Below are positions 42,670 to 46,046 of a stretch of 46,046 nucleotides of DNA, in pieces. Positions within the stretch are counted from its first letter, which is position 1, and every line of letters begins with the position of its first letter. This stretch comes from a virus (Duplodnaviria; Caudoviricetes), in IMG/VR virus record IMGVR_UViG_3300017780_005735, positions 1 to 46,046 of that record, one strand, 5' to 3'. The notes under the pieces were generated by a model, which did not search any database, was not told the DNA's origin, and was given only the letters and a program-made list of their open reading frames with translations. Made by a program: the position numbers and the translations under genes.

Positions 42670-44930
42670 TACTGATTCCCTTCCATCCCTGTCTGGGTTG
42701 CCGCCGCCTGTTGGGCGATGAAGTTCTTCGCCTCCTCCCACGCGCCGATGCGCTGGAGGGTCGCGATCGCGCGCTCTGCCTGTGCCGGGTCGAACAAGCC
42801 GCGGGCGAGACCCTCTGCCGCGCGCTGGGACATGCCGAGACGCGAGAAGCGTTGCACGAGGGAGTTAACCGTGTTGGCGATGAAGCCCGCACCAGCGCCC
42901 TTGGCCAGCGCGGCAACGTCGCCGACGAGCTGCAGGTCGTTGTTGGGCCGCGTGGCGCGCGGGTTCGGCGCCGGGTTCATGGCATCCAGATTGCGTGCGG
43001 CCTGGCCTTCCAGCCGCCCGACGGTTGCCAGCCGGTCGGCTTCAGCCTGCCCAGACACCTCGGCGACACGCTCACGCAGGCCGGGGCTCTGGAGGTCGTC
43101 CATAGCGCGTCCAGACGAGCCGTAGGAGTTGCCCACGTCCTCGGCCATGCGCGTACGCATACCGATCGCCGCACCCTGCCTGCGGGCCGGCTCGCTGGCT
43201 CCCGTCGGCGTGCTGCGCATGGACTCACGCAGGTCAGCCGTGCTGCCGGAGACAGCCTTGTTGCCGATCTCGATACCCTCTGCGACGTCGCCCAGCCGGC
43301 GGAATGTCTCGAGCTGAGCGCCGTACTCGGGGACCTGTCCTGCTCCGATACGCTCGAGAGTGTCCCGTACCGGGCCAAGCGTGCGGGTCAGGTTCGGGTT
43401 GCGGTCGATCGCCGCGGAGATGGTGTTGCGGACAGCCTCAAGGTCCCGCAGGCGGATCGTCGAGGCCGTGCCGTCGTCCAACGCAGCCATGAAGTTCTGC
43501 AGGATCGCCTGGTCAGCCGGGTCGGTGTTGTCCACCAGCGTACGCAGCTCGGCCCGCACAGCCGGGCGGTCGAAGTAGGCGGGGTTGCTGATCCGCACCG
43601 GCCGCCGCCCGTGCGCGTTCATCATTTCGGTGAAGCTGCGCGTTCGGGAGTTGCGAGGAGCCGCTGCCGGGGCCGTACGCTGGCCGTTGGCGATCTGCTG
43701 CGCGCCGCGCGCCGGACGGGCCAGCTCCGCAGCCGTGTCAGCCGCCTCGGCCGCACGGGCCACGACGGGCTGGGAGTTGATGACGGCCTGCGACCGCTGG
43801 ATGGTCGCGGTGTCCACCACTTCCGCAATGGACGGGGCTTGGCCGCCGCGCACCGCGCGCAGCTCGCGGAACGTCCGCTCGAGGTCGGCCGCGGGAACTC
43901 TGACGATCTGGGACAGCTTCTTGAAACCCGCCGGGAGCGCCCGGCCGGTCAGCACGCGCGCCGACGGCGCTGCGACGTCCAGTGTTTTCTTGACGACCGC
44001 ACCGACCAGCGGAGCCGCGACCGCGCCAGCCGTCGCACGGCGGGACGCCTCGCCAGGGTCCAGTGTGTCGGCCAGCCCCACAGCGCCTTCTGACGCTGCG
44101 CCGGCGGCTGCCGTGCGGATGGTGTTGCCGATGACGCCGTTGGCCGGGGCCACAGCGAGCCCGGGGACCGCCAGCACGCGGTTGGCCACAGCGCCTGCGC
44201 CAGCCAGCTCGCCGGCCACGGCGGCCATGGGGTTGCGCTCGGCAGCCTGTGCCGCGATGTCACGGCGCTCCTGTACGAGGTTCGGGTTGTTCTCGTCGCC
44301 TTCGACGAAGTTGACGATGTTGCCGGCGCCGGCGGCCACGAGGTCAGCGCCGGGCACAGCCTCGGCCGCAGTGGCCACGTTGTCTGCGATCGCGCCGCCG
44401 AGGTCCTGCAGGGACGCTTCGCCGGATGCGAGGCGGGCTGCCCCACGGCCGAAGTTCTCAGCGCCAGACGCCACAGCCCCGGGGATGGCCCCGACCGTGT
44501 TGACGACCGCGCCAACGCCTTCGGCGACCCTGTCGCCCAGGTTCTTCGGCTTCAGCCCGCGGCGCTTGGCGGCGGCCCCGAGGAGGATGATACCCTCCAT
44601 GTCGCCTTCCTTGCCAGCCTTGTCGGCGGCGGCGAACAGCTCGTCGGGCTCGTACTGCATCGGCGACCGTTTACCGGCGGCGTCTGCAGCGTCCATCCAG
44701 TCGTTTGCGAGGTCTACAGCAGCTGCTTGGTCCCCCGCGGACAAGGCGTTGCGCATCATGCGTTGGTAACGCTCTTTGTCGTAGCCTTCTTTCTTCGGCT
44801 GAATGGGCGGCGCTTCCTTGGACTGCTTCATGATGCCGCCCATCTCGGCGCGAAGCTCGTCAGCGGCTGCCGTGTCTCCGGCGGCCTTGGCGTTGGCGAT
44901 CATCCGCTGATAGCGCGCCCACTCGCTCAT
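42669..44930 (-). CDS. Large DNA ejection/internal virion protein
   Basis: 753 aa, Ala/Gly-rich helical; third ejection-like gene; N-terminal A..AGD..AA repeats. Confidence 0.6.
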   Translation of the reverse strand: MSEWARYQRMIANAKAAGDTAAADELRAEMGGIMKQSKEAPPIQPKKEGYDKERYQRMMRNALSAGDQAAAVDLANDWMDAADAAGKRSPMQYEPDELFAAADKAGKEGDMEGIILLGAAAKRRGLKPKNLGDRVAEGVGAVVNTVGAIPGAVASGAENFGRGAARLASGEASLQDLGGAIADNVATAAEAVPGADLVAAGAGNIVNFVEGDENNPNLVQERRDIAAQAAERNPMAAVAGELAGAGAVANRVLAVPGLAVAPANGVIGNTIRTAAAGAASEGAVGLADTLDPGEASRRATAGAVAAPLVGAVVKKTLDVAAPSARVLTGRALPAGFKKLSQIVRVPAADLERTFRELRAVRGGQAPSIAEVVDTATIQRSQAVINSQPVVARAAEAADTAAELARPARGAQQIANGQRTAPAAAPRNSRTRSFTEMMNAHGRRPVRISNPAYFDRPAVRAELRTLVDNTDPADQAILQNFMAALDDGTASTIRLRDLEAVRNTISAAIDRNPNLTRTLGPVRDTLERIGAGQVPEYGAQLETFRRLGDVAEGIEIGNKAVSGSTADLRESMRSTPTGASEPARRQGAAIGMRTRMAEDVGNSYGSSGRAMDDLQSPGLRERVAEVSGQAEADRLATVGRLEGQAARNLDAMNPAPNPRATRPNNDLQLVGDVAALAKGAGAGFIANTVNSLVQRFSRLGMSQRAAEGLARGLFDPAQAERAIATLQRIGAWEEAKNFIAQQAAATQTGMEGNQ

Positions 44931-46046
44931 CAGTAGTCGTACTTTTTGTGGCGGTCCACCGCGCGGCCTGGTGTGCCGATGGCTTGGGGGTCAGGCGCGC
45001 CGCCGCCGGGCTGGCCACCGCCTTGGCCGCCGCCGCCGCGGATCGACGCCGTCTCCCTGTAGATGTCCATGACGCGCTGCCACGAACCCTCCGCCTGCTG
45101 GCGGATGTAGGCCAGCTTCCGCTTGAGCTGGTCCGGGTCCTGTGTCTGAGACAGGTCGGCGATGAGGCCCTGCAGCAGCTCGTGCTCTGCCGTCGTGACC
45201 TGACCCAGCGTGCCGCCGGCGGCCTTCAGCTTCAGAAGCTCGTCGAGGCCGATGTTGGCCTTGATCGTGTTCAGCGTGGACGCCAGGTTGGCTGGCGCGC
45301 CGCCGATGGATTTCAGGTTGCCGATGACGCCGGCTGACGTCCAGTCGGTCTGCGACAGAGCCAGGTCGATGGCGTTCGTGAAGTTGCCGAACTTCTGCTG
45401 GCCGATTCCGATCGCAGCTTTGGCGTCGAGCGCCTGCATCGGGGTCCACGGCTGCGAGTCGACGTCGTTCTCACCAGCGCCTTTACCGGCCGCGGTGCCG
45501 CGCGCCTTGGCGAATGCGCCAGTCTGGACCATGTCGAGGATGTCGGGGTCCTCGGAGTAGGTGTTCGTGGAGCGGTTGTAGGCCACGCCCGGCGCCACCA
45601 TTGTCCACGGCGTCTTGGCGGAGCCCTGCGCGTCGAGCTGCATCTTTCTGACAGTGGCGGCCGACAGCGGGTTGCCGTCAGCGTCGTAGAACTTGTTGCC
45701 GCGGCGCGTGACGCCCGGGAGGCCCGGGGCCGCGTCGTAATCGTTCAGCTTCGTCGGATCGTCCATCAGGCCGGCGATCTGGGCGTCGAGAAAGCGCGGG
45801 TCCTTGGCCTTCTGGGCGAAGGACGCCATGTCGCCGAACGTGTCGCCGAACGCCTTGAGGCCGCCGGGACCGAGGGCCGCAATGGCCTGGCCGGGCTCCA
45901 TGCCGTTGGCAACGGCGGTTTTCAGCGTCTGCAGGCCGCGCATCTGCGCCTGCCGCTTGGCAGTGTCGATCTCGTTCTGCCGGGCGCGGGCAGCGTCAGC
46001 GATCGCCAGATCGTCGGCTTTCACGCCGCGGTTGTAAGTGTCGTCG
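44930..46046 (-). CDS. 3' part of the ejection protein that starts at 248
   Basis: In-frame continuation; LNTIKANIGLDEL..LK..GG.LGQVT..E..LL. Confidence 0.75.
   Translation of the reverse strand, partial: DDTYNRGVKADDLAIADAARARQNEIDTAKRQAQMRGLQTLKTAVANGMEPGQAIAALGPGGLKAFGDTFGDMASFAQKAKDPRFLDAQIAGLMDDPTKLNDYDAAPGLPGVTRRGNKFYDADGNPLSAATVRKMQLDAQGSAKTPWTMVAPGVAYNRSTNTYSEDPDILDMVQTGAFAKARGTAAGKGAGENDVDSQPWTPMQALDAKAAIGIGQQKFGNFTNAIDLALSQTDWTSAGVIGNLKSIGGAPANLASTLNTIKANIGLDELLKLKAAGGTLGQVTTAEHELLQGLIADLSQTQDPDQLKRKLAYIRQQAEGSWQRVMDIYRETASIRGGGGQGGGQPGGGAPDPQAIGTPGRAVDRHKKYDY
45924..46046. repeat. Right copy of the 123-bp end repeat
   Basis: Identical to 1-123. Confidence 0.95.

Noticed and set aside
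42639-44769. 484-aa and 394-aa plus-strand ORFs
   Set aside because: Antisense to the ejection protein gene; low-complexity translations

Overview
This window is an apparently complete, circularly assembled dsDNA phage genome. Bases 1-123 are repeated exactly at 45924-46046, giving a unit length of about 45,923 bp, and one gene reads across the junction. It has two divergent arms. The minus-strand arm (21214 down to 1, continuing 46046 down to 39201) carries GroES, terminase, a P22-like portal/scaffold/coat/gp4/gp10 set, tail proteins, ejection proteins, holin-like genes, a T5 A1-like metallophosphoesterase, an HD nucleotidase and a dNMP kinase. The plus-strand arm (21955-39123) carries small early genes, a mini J-domain protein, primase-helicase, a degenerate Fic protein, GapR/DUF2312, family A DNA polymerase, a C5 methyltransferase, PD-(D/E)XK and VRR-NUC nucleases, an SNF2 helicase and spanins. 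No integrase or repressor is recognisable, so it is probably a lytic podovirus. GapR and high GC suggest an alphaproteobacterial host (inference). Most notable: (1) one ~115-aa module occurs five times in three virion proteins, including a nested and circularly permuted arrangement; (2) the P22 gp10-like hub gene is split in two around an inserted LamG gene; (3) a 107-nt tRNA-like RNA has a non-canonical anticodon arm and a 35-nt extra arm; (4) the methyltransferase is an EcoHK31I-type two-frame gene; (5) spanins and holin-like genes are present but no endolysin is recognisable. All family calls come from motif recognition by eye, not database searches.
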